Below, one piece after another: positions 42,860 to 64,000 of a DNA stretch of 64,000 nt. The DNA lies in the NCBI GenBank assembly GCA_963924565.1, contig OZ004610.1:12462001-12526000 (forward strand). The letters are read 5' to 3'. Under the pieces are notes generated by a model. That model was not told the origin of the DNA. It made no database searches and saw nothing but the letters and a program-made list of their open reading frames with translations. Source of the DNA: Ascidiella aspersa. Its lineage: Eukaryota. Made by a program: the position numbers and the translations under genes. Positions within the stretch are counted from its first letter, which is position 1. Each line of letters opens with the position of its first letter.

Positions 42860-43130
42860 TGATTGACTCGCTCTAATGGGAGATCATCTCCGACTAGCCA
42901 GCACTGGCCACAGCATAGCTGCGCCCACAGTACCCTACACTTCCTGCAGGAGAAAAGAAGAAAGACAAAAGCTTGCGCAAGAGAGAAACGAAGAGAGAGA
43001 GGCTGCTCCTGCGCCAGGAGCGGAATAGGAGGAGGCGAGAAACGTGTGGGCGAGCCGCATCAGACGAAAGAGCGCGTAACTTGCTTCCGGTTCAAACCTG
43101 ACGCAGTGCATGCGATGGAGCAATACTAAC
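42860..43130 (-). promoter_or_regulatory. Candidate P-Rex promoter/proximal enhancer
   Basis: GC-rich island ~0.7-0.9 kb upstream of the ATG with GA-rich tracts, Ets cores (cacttcctg 42938-42946, gcttccgg 43083-43090) and a C/EBP-type palindrome ttgcgcaa (42973-42980). Function is inferred. Confidence 0.4.
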
Positions 43131-43942
43131 CCTGAATGCTTGCACGTATTATGCTATTGCCACTTCAGGCTGAGATGCAACATCCATACCTTCAGTTGCC
43201 AAAGCATGCTGGTATTTTTAACAGGAAGGGTCAGACGCGGTAAAGGGTGTGAGCTGTTCCCTATTACCTTATTGCGGTTGCTTTAAAAATAAATTTCAAA
43301 GCTGCTTTTTCTTTAAAATGCTGCATAATTTGTAATATTGCCTGGGAGGTGACTAACTGGTTTATGCATAAGTACGAATAAATTCTATCAGTAGTTAATA
43401 TTACCTTGCTGGCAACGACACGTTAATGAAGATGTACGTGCTAACCACATAAAGATTAATTTTTATTTTTGTAACGAACTCACTAAAACCTGTTGCGATT
43501 TTGTTTGTTACCTGCACAATGGATTCTTTAATCTCGCAGTTAACAAAAAGCCAGCATCGACTTGTCATCGGGACAGGGTTCATTTTAATAAATGTGATAC
43601 CATTCCTTTCTGTGTTTCTGGCATATTCTTTACTGTTGTTAAGCTTTTAGGGATTTAAGTGATGCGCTCAGCTGCTGTTAAATAATTCTGCATTTCGTTT
43701 CAAGAGTTTGCAATCGAAAACTGATCGGATGGCACTAATTTCGTTATTTTTATTTGTTATGATTTATAACTTTATATGATCTGAAATTTGTTGAAAACCA
43801 AAGTCTTCAAAGCTTGAAAGGCAGAAGATTTTACCAGTTACGTATGACCTAACAATAAAGTAATATAAATTCATAAAAGTCTTAAAATATAGTCTGCATA
43901 CAAAAATCAAGGGGGTATCTGGCCGACGAAACTAGGCATACC

Positions 43943-44642
43943 ATAGTGTTGCCATATTGTGAAAGGCGAAATACCTAACAAATTTACCGCGCTACCTTTG
44001 TAACATTGTGCTTCCCATTCAATTCTATCATTTCTAACGCATGAATATTTTACTTTGATTTAACTCGTGACAGCTCGGCCAAATAACAATTTTGTGTGTA
44101 GTCAAATAATCAGACTTTAAACAACTCAAAACAAGTGTGTGTTCCACAGTAGGTTTAGCAGTAGGCAAATAATGTTTACCTGCAACTCCATATTTGATAA
44201 AGAAAATTATATCATCTTGCTTGTTTAGGGTTTGTCATCATTTAAGTTGCAGTGCAAACATGAAAAAATATGCTGTGTAAAAGCTCTTTAACTGAGCTTG
44301 CTAAAGGAGAATGCGCAATACGCAAAATCTCTTCAACAGCGAAAACAAAGTTATTAAAACGACTTGGTAGTGTGTGACGTAACAATGAACAGTATTTGCA
44401 CTCGCGAATTATCTTCTGTGAAGGTTTATAGTTTAAACTATTTAAAATACAGTACAAAAATTTAAGCAAATTCTGGTGTTAACTAATATTGTTTTCGACA
44501 TTGTGAGTGTATTGACGATATTTTGTATACAGTACGGTTAAATTCCGGACATAAAAGCAGATTTTGTAATTTCTCCCTGACGCAGATTTTAACAAGAAGT
44601 TCACTGACATGTCAGGGAAAATCCTGACGTATGGCAACCCTA
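43943..44642. mobile_element. hAT-like non-autonomous element (TAGGGTTGCCA-type ends)
   Basis: tagtgttgccata / tatggcaacccta; flanks gcatacca / gcacacaa (degenerate 8-bp TSD). Confidence 0.55.
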
Positions 44643-47600
44643 GCACACAACCAACTAAACTGTGTTTTGAGAAAACTAAGTTTGAAATAAATGTTACCGC
44701 TTAGCAATCAATACATTGTCTTCTCCATAGATACTATAAAATACCTTCCCTAACATATAAAATACCTTTCCTAACAATCCATAAAGCATCTTCTGAACTT
44801 TAACAACTCTATTTAGCAAACTACAGCGGGAAATAAGGGAAAGTGTAAACAAACTATGCCTGCCTCTCTCGACTGCGCACTATATGCGTACTGCGTAGGC
44901 TCGCAAATAACGATCGTATATCACGTTAATTACTGTAAGTACAACTCATTTACACACAAAGGGCACAGTCATGACTATTATATTTTGTAACGTAGACATA
45001 CAGTTAAGTGCAACGCAAAAGCTAAGGAATGGAAGAATGATAAATAAAAATTGGCTGAGATGACTTACAAGAAAATTAATTTTTTTTCATTTCTAAGGGA
45101 GATTATGGTTATTTAGGACACTCGTGATAGCTTCAACTATTTTTAAAATTAAGGCAGTTATTTATCTGCTCGAACAGTACCCAACTACCCATATTTAGAC
45201 ATAGCCTACAACACACATACTTAGCAAACTGTTGAACAGTGGGGATTAACCACAAATTAAAATTCGTGAAATGTCTGTTTTAAATAAGATTCCTCAAAGT
45301 TTATATGTCCATTGCTAAACTAAAACGAAGATAAAGACAAAGATTTTTTAAACTTGTATAGCTTTTACATGACAACCAAATTTTGACCTCTTATTAGAAG
45401 GTTATATGACGTATTTTTTAAAATTACGTGTTTGATGGGCTAAAACAACAGGTGGCATTTAAGTGCTCGCTTCAAGAAGCTGTATTCGTCGATCAGACAC
45501 TTTTCCGGTCGTGAAAACTGTCGCCTTTGACTGTAACAATTGTGGGTGCTGATGTCGGTTTGCCGGTACAACTTTGCGGTTAAGATATTTATGCAGTAGG
45601 CCTACCAACAATTAGGTTACCGCTTCATTTTAATAGTTATATAGTCAAGCTTGCCTTCAGTGGCAACTGGCAAGCAACAACATATTTTCGCTCAGCCCAA
45701 GATATTTCGCTCGGCGATAAATGGGGAAAAACGCTTTTGTTAGTAAACTTGTGCTATAATATTGAAAAACGTCTGACATTTGCAATCCATTTTAAGTAAG
45801 TTTTATATTTCATTTTCGATTTAAGTATACCAAATCAAGTTTATATATATTTTCATATTGCCTGGACTTTATGCGCATCTTCATCTGGGCTGCGAAGGGT
45901 ACAGAACTTTACAAATCCTGTAAAACACAGCTCAACTTCGGTAAAAAACACTCGATGTTCAAAATTCATAACATTTTTTTAAAACTTCCAGCGCTGATGA
46001 AGCTTTCTCTGTACTGCAATAAAACCGAAGACCACGCTGGTCGATCGCTAAGGTTCGACACCGGCGTTCGGCGAGTTATGACAACAAATCCTGACGTCTG
46101 CTACTGGCGATTGAAGTTGCTGAACCCCGCGTTTGGACAGGAAAGCTAACTGTTGTCGTCCGTCCGCCTTGGTAGATGTAACGACTTTCGTACCAAAGCG
46201 ATAAGTCCAAGGCTGCGTTCCGCGTTTGGACCAAATGAAAGTAAAGCGATCTTTTTCTGATTAAAGCGAAACTAACCATGGATTATGAAACCGTTATTGC
46301 GGCGGCTGACCCGCTGACGTACGGGATTTTCTACTGACCTTTACAGGCGAAAATGCTTGACATGTACCTCTGGTTACTGCATTGAAAAATCTTAAAAGAT
46401 ATTGCAACATTTTTAACTAAAAATGAGCAATTCAAATCTGCATTCAAAATTATAGTCAATTTACACAAGGTTATTTTATTTTAACTGATTTTATACGTAT
46501 TGAAAGATTTCCATAAAGATACAAATTTTATTTCAGATTTGAAAACTATACATCTTATAAAAGTTTTTTTTCTTCGCATATGTATTAACGCGCTCTACAA
46601 AATAATATAGCTTGCTCTTGGAAGATTAACTATATAGATTAACTATAATCTACTTGCAAAGAACAACAGTACGTCCTCGCTTGAGCAAATTATTGCTTTT
46701 GAGCTTAATTACTGCCTCCGTCTAATCGCTCACCTGGGTTTTGAGTGACTGTCTGCTGCCCACCGGTCATTTTTTGGCCCTCGCCCTCACACAACGTCAC
46801 ACCTAATAGTAATAATCCAACGCTGAACTTACGTCACCGCATCTCGACAGAGATAAGATCACAATCCTCTTTAAGATTAAGGCTAACGTAGCATCTTCTT
46901 TTGCGACATATGCTAATCAGTGAAGTCTGACTCTCTAAAAGGCGCTAGGCGTTAAATGCAGTCCGCCTAGCGCAATTTGAAAGCAAGATTGGGAAGGTTT
47001 GACTTTATCTCGACAGTGATTAAATTTGTTTTCCATTAAACTGGTTACTTGACAATGTAATTTTGTAAAATCTGTTTGCCAGTCCGTTCACTTTTTTTGA
47101 GTAGGCGACAACAGAAAACGTCCCATTGAGATCGTATCTTAAAGCCTTGTTAACCGGCCATCGACTTAAAAAAAACAACAATAAAGCGCATACCTAACCA
47201 ATAGACTATAAACATCCCCTTGGATGAGCTACAACAGATTAATTCGACAAGCCAGTCAAAAGAGAAATCGTTGATTCCGCTGGCGAAATGTAAACAAGAC
47301 GATGCCTGTCCTGCGCTGGCGACTGTTGCCAAGCGTGTTCGATGAGGCGCGACGTGCTTCCTTGTTTAAAGTCGCTCAACGCGGAAACGCCAACAAGCCG
47401 TCACGTGTGTCTATGATACCTGCCGTTGCCGTTATCAAAACGATGACGCAGGCAGAAGAAAGACGACACGTTTTTCCTTCTAATGCAATAAGCCTCGCAA
47501 AGTAACCGTAGACGGTTCACCGGTTGTGCCTTGGCTAGCGGAAGTGGAAAAATTGCACAAGGCTAAATTGGGTTTATAGGCTTTGAAATTATTTTTGGTG

Positions 47601-49594
47601 GATAATTAGCTATTGCCGTACAGAAGCACCTGGTTTCGCAGAAGGCTTCTTTTGCTAGCGCTTTTGTATTTATTAATCACCTAGCTAAATGTCAAGGCCT
47701 TCAGCGCAGCGTTAATCACAATTCAAACACACCATTTACAAAAATACCTTAACCTATGGAGTTTGACCTGTTTGACAATGATCAAAAACTATCTATTTAC
47801 ATATTTAACTCATTCGCAGGTAGCGCAGTCACCTCTAGATGCGACATTCATATTCCCTAAAGTCTCGCGAGAGTCATGGCCGTGCCCAAGCCATCTGAAA
47901 CAACCGTGTCACGCTAAGGCGGGAAATCTGCGATACGCAAAGACCAGTAATGCCCATGGGGCTGACGGCGGTTAGATTGGACGAAACAAGGCCAGTACCG
48001 GACCGCAAATGAATAAATACGGCCTCCTCTGGAAGGCTGTCTGCACACGGTTGGAATAAAGCGAATCCCACGCCCCATATGCCTTTGTATCACTGGCAGC
48101 CGAATAACGCGACGCAGTCCTATTTGGGTGCATTATTTATAGCTGAGAAAACGGGTTACCTACGTTAAACGTGTCTCGCAGCTGTTTGGCAAACACTTTA
48201 GCCGCAGGTTGTCAAGCTGCGACATTAAGGCCTAAACGGATGTCAAGGAAATTGACTCTCCCTTGAAGTATGGAAACGGGGGAGTGGGACTTTATGCGAT
48301 AAGCCGCACTTTGTCAAGCCCCGGCAAACGCATCAAACACACAGTCCAGCGTCCAGGTTCTGCAAACACGATCACGATACTAAGCACTTCAGTCTATGCC
48401 AAAAATAACTACATTGCTCGCCTATTAACTATAAAAAAAGACGTAAGTTCTGCCAAAAGGCTTTTCAAAGCTGGTCTAGACTGTTCTCTTCGTTCCCACA
48501 GACCCTGGCCTGTGGTCCTCCCGGGCACTCTCAATCGAAATCTATTTTACATAGGAAAGCTTCAATCCCCAAGACGCTTCGACGCCAACGGCCAACGGAC
48601 TTTCCGCCGCGCAAGTCGGCGCGATTACGCATTTTGCACTTGCGTGCAAAGATCTCGTGGGTTGACCATTCAGTCGGCTTTCTAGCTTCTCGGTCACTTG
48701 CCTGTAACTATTAGGCGCTTGAACAACTGAAGTAGGCTATGGTAAAAATCGCACATTAAGTGACAATGATTGTTTTAAGCGACCAGGTTGTCCCCTCTAA
48801 ATATTCGTGTGATAAACAAACAGTAATTACTGTTTATAGTGTTTAGGCTTTCCAACACAACAAGCAGCGTTGAAAAAAAAACGGCCGTATGTCTAGTGAC
48901 GATTTACATTGGATAGGACACGCGGGGCATCGACAGTGTCTAGCCGTGAGCGAAAACTAGTCGGTTGAAAATACAACCTGTGTATTGGCTTGTACAGCGA
49001 CCCGATAAGCGCCAACCGCGGAAACCTCGTCGCGAGGTCGCTGAACCGCTTCCCCGCGCATGATTGACAGTCGATGTTGGAGAGCGAGCCGCCGCTCACA
49101 AGTGTACGGTGGCGAAGGATGACCTCGAAACGACCGGAAGCAAAAGCTTGTTCAAGCGGATTCTGATGCTGCTAGCGGCTTGACTCGTCCATGTCAAGCG
49201 GCTGTCGCTAAAACGGGCGACAGTTCTACTGTTGCTATCCTGCTTGCTCTTTCTGACCTTGTTCGTTTTCTAGAGTTACTCGCGAACGTTGCCTGTTGCT
49301 TTAGCTCGATGTTTACCCGTCTCCCAATTGCACCTTGACTTGATGCATTAGGCGGGCACTTGGGACTTAGGTGATGGAAGGTTGCGTATTGGGAAAAACT
49401 AATTATTTTTTTTACAGAAAGTCAATATTCGCTCACATGTGTCAAACAGATTTTTTCGGAAGGTCTGTGTGACGAACTCATAGCTTACCAATAAGCGATA
49501 GCTGAATATCTACGCTCAGTATGTCAGAGCCAGCTAGCAACCTACATAATTTGATATCAAAGGAAGGTTTAAAAATATATACCGGTACGTACTA

Positions 49595-49673
49595 AAAATA
49601 TCAAAGCCCATACAGAAGTAGGTATCATTTTGAACGTATGTATGGGCTACTTCTGTATGGGCTTTGATATTTT
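49595..49673. repeat. Perfect 27-bp inverted repeat with 25-nt loop
   Basis: aaaatatcaaagcccatacagaagtag (49595-49621) is the exact reverse complement of ctacttctgtatgggctttgatatttt (49647-49673). Confidence 0.9.
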
Positions 49674-52600
49674 ATTACGTCTTACTACAACCTCCAACCA
49701 TTATTCTCGGGGGTTAACTATAGGCTTTTGTTTTTTACACAGTGCTTGGTGTTTATTTATATTGAATATTAATATAAAACAAATATTTTAACTAAAACCC
49801 ACTAAATAATCATCTTAGCGCTTTGGTTCCACAACACAACACAAAATAAAACAAAACACACCTTTGATACAAAGAGAAACAGAACATCTTAAAACACATT
49901 ATACAAAAATGTACATAATTTAAAAAATTCTGACAACCTGAATATAACTTATATATGGCTACCTATATAATGACAGCACACAGTAAACGTTTTTTTGCGT
50001 AGCAGTTCGCCAAGTATTGGAACAGTTTGGGGTCGCGTCCGTTGGGTGAGGCCTAATTGAATAAATTTGCAAACAGTCGACCGGTATGTATTCTCCAAAG
50101 ACAAAGTCTGTCGCGCTCGTGTGCTTCAAATCTGCTTAATGTCGCATTGTGGCTAAGCTGCATAGCTCAAATCTTTGACTTAAGCTTTCGTTCAGCACAA
50201 AGGCACTGCAGCGCTTTTCCAATTATCTGCGTCTCCCACTCCAATTATCTGCGTAAGCCACTGGCAAGTTAACATTTACACCAAAGAATTAACGATAGCA
50301 TTTGAAACTGTGATGTGTTTTTAAGCTGCCTGCAGTATACGTTCGCTCTGATTATTATTGCTGCTAATAACCAGCACTTGTTACAACAAGGGAGAGTTCT
50401 TTTTGACGGTGGAAAGGGCACAAATTTTCCTTTCGCCTCTGTGGACTCACCAACTCCCAGTCGGTCCGACTTGAGCGACGAGATCAAGGCGGATCTCGCC
50501 GACCCTGGTCGTATCAAATTCGGCAAAATTACGCTCTCTCTCCCTTCATCGGCTGCCATCTGGTCCGCGCATTAGCGAAAACGCGCCTATCCGCCTCAGT
50601 CGTTGCTGAATCTGTACTGCCCTGTACAGTTTTGTTGCCATTGTGCGCTGAGCGCCGGGCCATTGCAGGCAAACGCAAACGGGTTGGGGAAAAGAGACGA
50701 AAGGAAGTCGGCTCTGACGTTTACTTCCCCTTTGCAACGTTATACGCCGTTCCAAAAGTAGAGCGCAACCTGGCGGTCGCGATTGGGCGTGTCAAACTAG
50801 CATGGCGTAACTATATTTAACATGCGTTTTCTTACTGTGTTATGAGGGAGTTCTTCAAATTAAGTCAAATGTTATTTTGTTACGTACGTGACTGGTGCAT
50901 ATTTGCATTCTGGCTCAGAGCCCACAAGGAAAGTGAAACAAATCGTTGTAACTTTTTGGAGGACAAATAAAGTACAATCGGCTTTCGGGATTTCTATGGA
51001 GGAATGATTTCCAACAGTATATTAGATTGATCTTTTACGTGTGGGATAAAACTGCCTTAACAGTCTTATAATTTTCATTTCCCCATACTAAAGTTACTGT
51101 TCGACAGCTTTTGTCACAATACATATAGTTAAAAGTCCATGCGACGTTGAATAAGTTCTGCTAACGCAACCAACCCTATAACGCCGCTTTTTAACAACTT
51201 ACACGGGATGCACACACGCCCAAATTGACCTGAACGATTTGTTAAATTCTGGCTGCCCATAACGACAGCTGAGCGAGGCAATGAAATCCGCTCTAAAGGC
51301 GATCAGTGGACCAGGTCCCGTTACAGCAGGTTTGCTGTTTAGGAAATTGAGTTGTGTGTCACGCGGCAGCACCAGCGCTCTGTAGTCCGTGGAAAGGGCA
51401 GTGGGTGGCACGCTGGTCGCTGAGTCACGCGGCAGAGCGAGGCCCAAAGCGCTGCCAAAGAGGACAGGTCAGTCCCGAAGGAGAGCGGATCAAAGTGGGT
51501 CTGCACACCAGCTGGGAATAGACGTGTTTTTGATGCGGTTAGACAAGGCGGTGCCGGCTCGCCACATGTAAGGCGAAGCCCGTCGAATACCAATTTAACA
51601 TTTTTAGCAATTTTTATACGTTGGTCAAAAAGAATATGCGGTACAGCGTTTTGACAATTTTAAGTTTTCTAATATGACGTTGAACAGTGTACACGGAAAA
51701 ATACTGAATTCTTCAGTAAATACTGTGTGTGGTAGACCTGCAAAAACGATAACAGGCTGATAGGTTAATATGCGATGTAGACCAGGTTTGTTGGCACGTA
51801 TCTTGTAACTATTAGTGGTTTCCAAACTTTTTAAAGAAATGAAAAAGCAAATGTTTTTTTTATTTTAAAGAAAGAATTTTCCGTATTAGTCCTTTTACAT
51901 TTTTTAATTATTAGCGGTCCAATAAAATTAACTTAAAAATGAAAAACGTAACGATAAGACCAATATACTTTGAAAAAACGTAATAAATAAACTACATGAC
52001 GTTTATTGAGACGGGTTAATTTGTTCGCTTGATTCCGCTTGCGACTAAAAATTTGATTAGTGGGCATACTAAAACTGCTTCACGGATCCCAGTTGGTCCG
52101 CGGTATAAACAAACACGACCACGGCCATTTTTTGAGTCAGCAGCTAGCTTTTAAACACACCACATCAAATTCATCCTTACCATTAAATTAAGCTTCATCA
52201 TACGATACATGCGTCTTATTGTTCATGTCACAAAATAATTCGGGAAATGGTATTTAAAACACATTATATTAAGGTTTCTAAATTAGTGAATTATGTCTTC
52301 CTGCTTATGTTGTAGATTCTAGCAACAAAACACGTTCCGCCTAAGATGCTTCTGAACTATGCACTAAATTATTTGGAGAAAAAATGACGCTGTGCTTGAA
52401 TGCTAAATAGGATAAGGGAGGCCTCAAAAGAATTGGGATTACGTTTGAGCAGATTACCGTTCAATGTCACTTTAAATAAAAACTCCCAGGGAAAATACAC
52501 GAGATTGTGGAGTTGATATATATATACTTTATTTTCGATTTGGTCTTTTATAGGACGAAATTTATATCGCGTTAAATAAAATTCTACGCATACATTGTAC

Positions 52601-54453
52601 AACACACAGGCCTTAGAGGAGACCGACTGAAAATTAATGGTGAAATGCGCAGAACAGGTGTACACAAACACGATCACTATTGTATCACGTAACAAACAAA
52701 AATAAAGTTTCATCGCGACAAAACTGGTAAGATTTGCCAAACGGGATAGAAACATAAAAAGTACAAGAATATGTTACTATTTGAGTTAAGCCTTACTTTA
52801 CTATTGATAACGACAACAACTATAAAAACCAACAGTTCAATATTTACTATAGCAGCTAAACAACCTAGGATTCCTATCACCGCCCAATTCCCCATACGGC
52901 CTTTACGCTCTTATAAAAAACATAAACGCACAAAACGTGACCTTCGCAGATTTAAGTGACAAAAATTTACCTAACCACGACAAAACTAGGCGATTCGGTG
53001 AGTCACAAGAGGAAGACAGAGGTACGATACGACTGTCGTAATGACAATAAAACGGTTCGCTCACCGATGAATGATGATAAAACGCGCATGATAAGTATTT
53101 GGAAGCGAGACTGTTCACCAAACAAGTTGAGAAAGCGAGCGTCGTTTCTACACATCCAAACCATTTTAAGGAGTTATGGCATGAAAGAAAGCTACAAGCC
53201 GCCTATCGAGCCAACTTCAAACATCATGTTTAGCAGTGCGACTGACCGGATTTTGCGATACTTTAAAAAAAACAGATTTTCGTTTTGGAATCCCATAATC
53301 CCGCACTGCCGTTACGGATGTGTGTTAATGACACAGAGAACGGGAACTATCAGACCAATCTACAGTATGTGCTGTACTACAAATGGGGCGTTCAGCTAGC
53401 CTGAAAGACAATGAAGCATTCGAGGAATGAGTCGAGTTGGCATTTGTTTAGTTCGGGCATAATCGTCTTTCGAGGAGACAAAAACAGCTCTCAGCACTCT
53501 TGCGTCACCAAGCGATAGGCATAAATAATGTACATAAAATGTCGGAACATGCAGAGTTCCTTACGCTACTCAACTATACCCGAGTTAATATTAAATTGCC
53601 CAAAGCCAGTATTGTTTACCTACAGTGCCGCCACAATGGACTTTTCATAACGAACTCAAGTTTGAATATGGTGTTTTAAGGTGGACTGATAAACAGCGTT
53701 GCGTTTGGTAAAACTTAAAGTCCCAGCCAAAACGGGTGTCAAAGCAGTTTGTAACTATGATAAATATTCTAAACCCAATTAACAAATAGCGCTCTATGAA
53801 CTTAAAACAAAAGTTCGTCAATAACCGTAGTAAATCGCTTTATGAAAGGACTAGATTTTTACCACTTTGTTTGTTAGAGGTTGACAGGACGGACCACTTT
53901 GTTGAATTTACATTTTTTTCACTCATAAAAATAATGATGTCCAGCTCCTACCGAAACACAACATACAGGCGTATCTAATGGAAAGTCAGAAGGAAAGCTC
54001 TAAACACCAAAATACCTAAATATTCGGTATGATTAAATACGGTTTAACAATACACGTCTAGAAGTAAAAAGTTTAACGAAAGAATGTTTAAAACCACAGA
54101 GACAGAGTTTGGCCAATTTCAGCGCCCGAGACGATACAAAATAACAGCAGGCCCAGTACGCAGCCACGCTATTGGATTTTATGCAAAGTTCCTCCCACCT
54201 AACAATAGGTTCGCTTTGAATTCATATTAAATATTTCGATTGACTTATTGGTAGCCAGTTGACACTAAGATAGCGTTTCCAAGAGAAAATGAAAAAAACA
54301 AAACATGTTTAAGTCGGTCGACAAACGTGTTTTGGGAGGCATTAAGTAAACAACGATGCGCACCTGGTTTCGGACGCGACAGGATAAGAATGTAAAAGCA
54401 GGGAAGCGACTTTGACTAAAAAGCAATTTGGTATAAAACGAAACGGCCTGGGA

Positions 54454-63747
<9,294 letters not shown>

Positions 63748-64000
63748 TCAGAAATGAAAAAAATATAATTCTAAATAGATAAGTTGTAAACATAGTCAGC
63801 TAAAAATGTAAATTTCCAAGAATGAAGTACAACATCATTGTTTTGTATCTCTGCTAGAAATAGAAAGAAGTCACGAAGTTAATAATTATAATGTGATTAA
63901 TTTTCAAAAAGGCACTAGGAAGAATTAAAGTGGAGGTAATTGGTAATTAGTTGGATTCCTACTTCTAAAAAATGTGACACTTGCTTTATTCATAACATAA

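Noticed and set aside
46025-46075. tRNA-like or SINE hairpin (ggttcgacacc B-box-like motif)
   Set aside because: No A-box, cloverleaf or second copy; the stem is short and heavily bulged.
48263-48685. 140-aa plus-strand ORF (also the 147-aa ORF at 52956-53399)
   Set aside because: Non-ATG starts, no recognisable domain or exon chain; the second lies antisense in the likely SMAP 3' UTR.

Overview
Eukaryotic, intron-rich, AT-rich genomic DNA from an invertebrate chordate, most likely an ascidian tunicate (inferred from protein similarity, short introns and mosaic CpG content; species not determined). Seven spliced genes were reconstructed by hand: an mTERF (MTERF4-like) gene running off the left edge (-), Ric-8/synembryn (+), SF3B5 (-), tubulin glutamylase TTLL1 (+), FKBP12 (-), a ~43-exon P-Rex Rac GEF (-) and a SMAP1/2 ArfGAP (-) whose first coding exon lies beyond the right edge. 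About 12 kb between the P-Rex start and the SMAP stop has no convincing CDS and looks regulatory. Introns and intergenic DNA carry many non-autonomous DNA transposons (hAT-type MITEs with 8-bp TSDs, Merlin-like MITEs, one Sola-like element). The most notable observations are: a degenerate TTAGGG-like core shared by MITEs with different TIRs, clustered near gene 5' ends; CpG-poor to CpG-rich switches in the middle of TTLL1 and SMAP; a tandem splice acceptor that could switch a TTLL1 uORF into an N-terminal extension; a GC-AG intron and candidate cryptic exons in P-Rex. No prokaryotic-type system (CRISPR etc.) is present. Most entries in the ORF track are exon fragments or noise. All coordinates were read by eye and may be off by a few bases.
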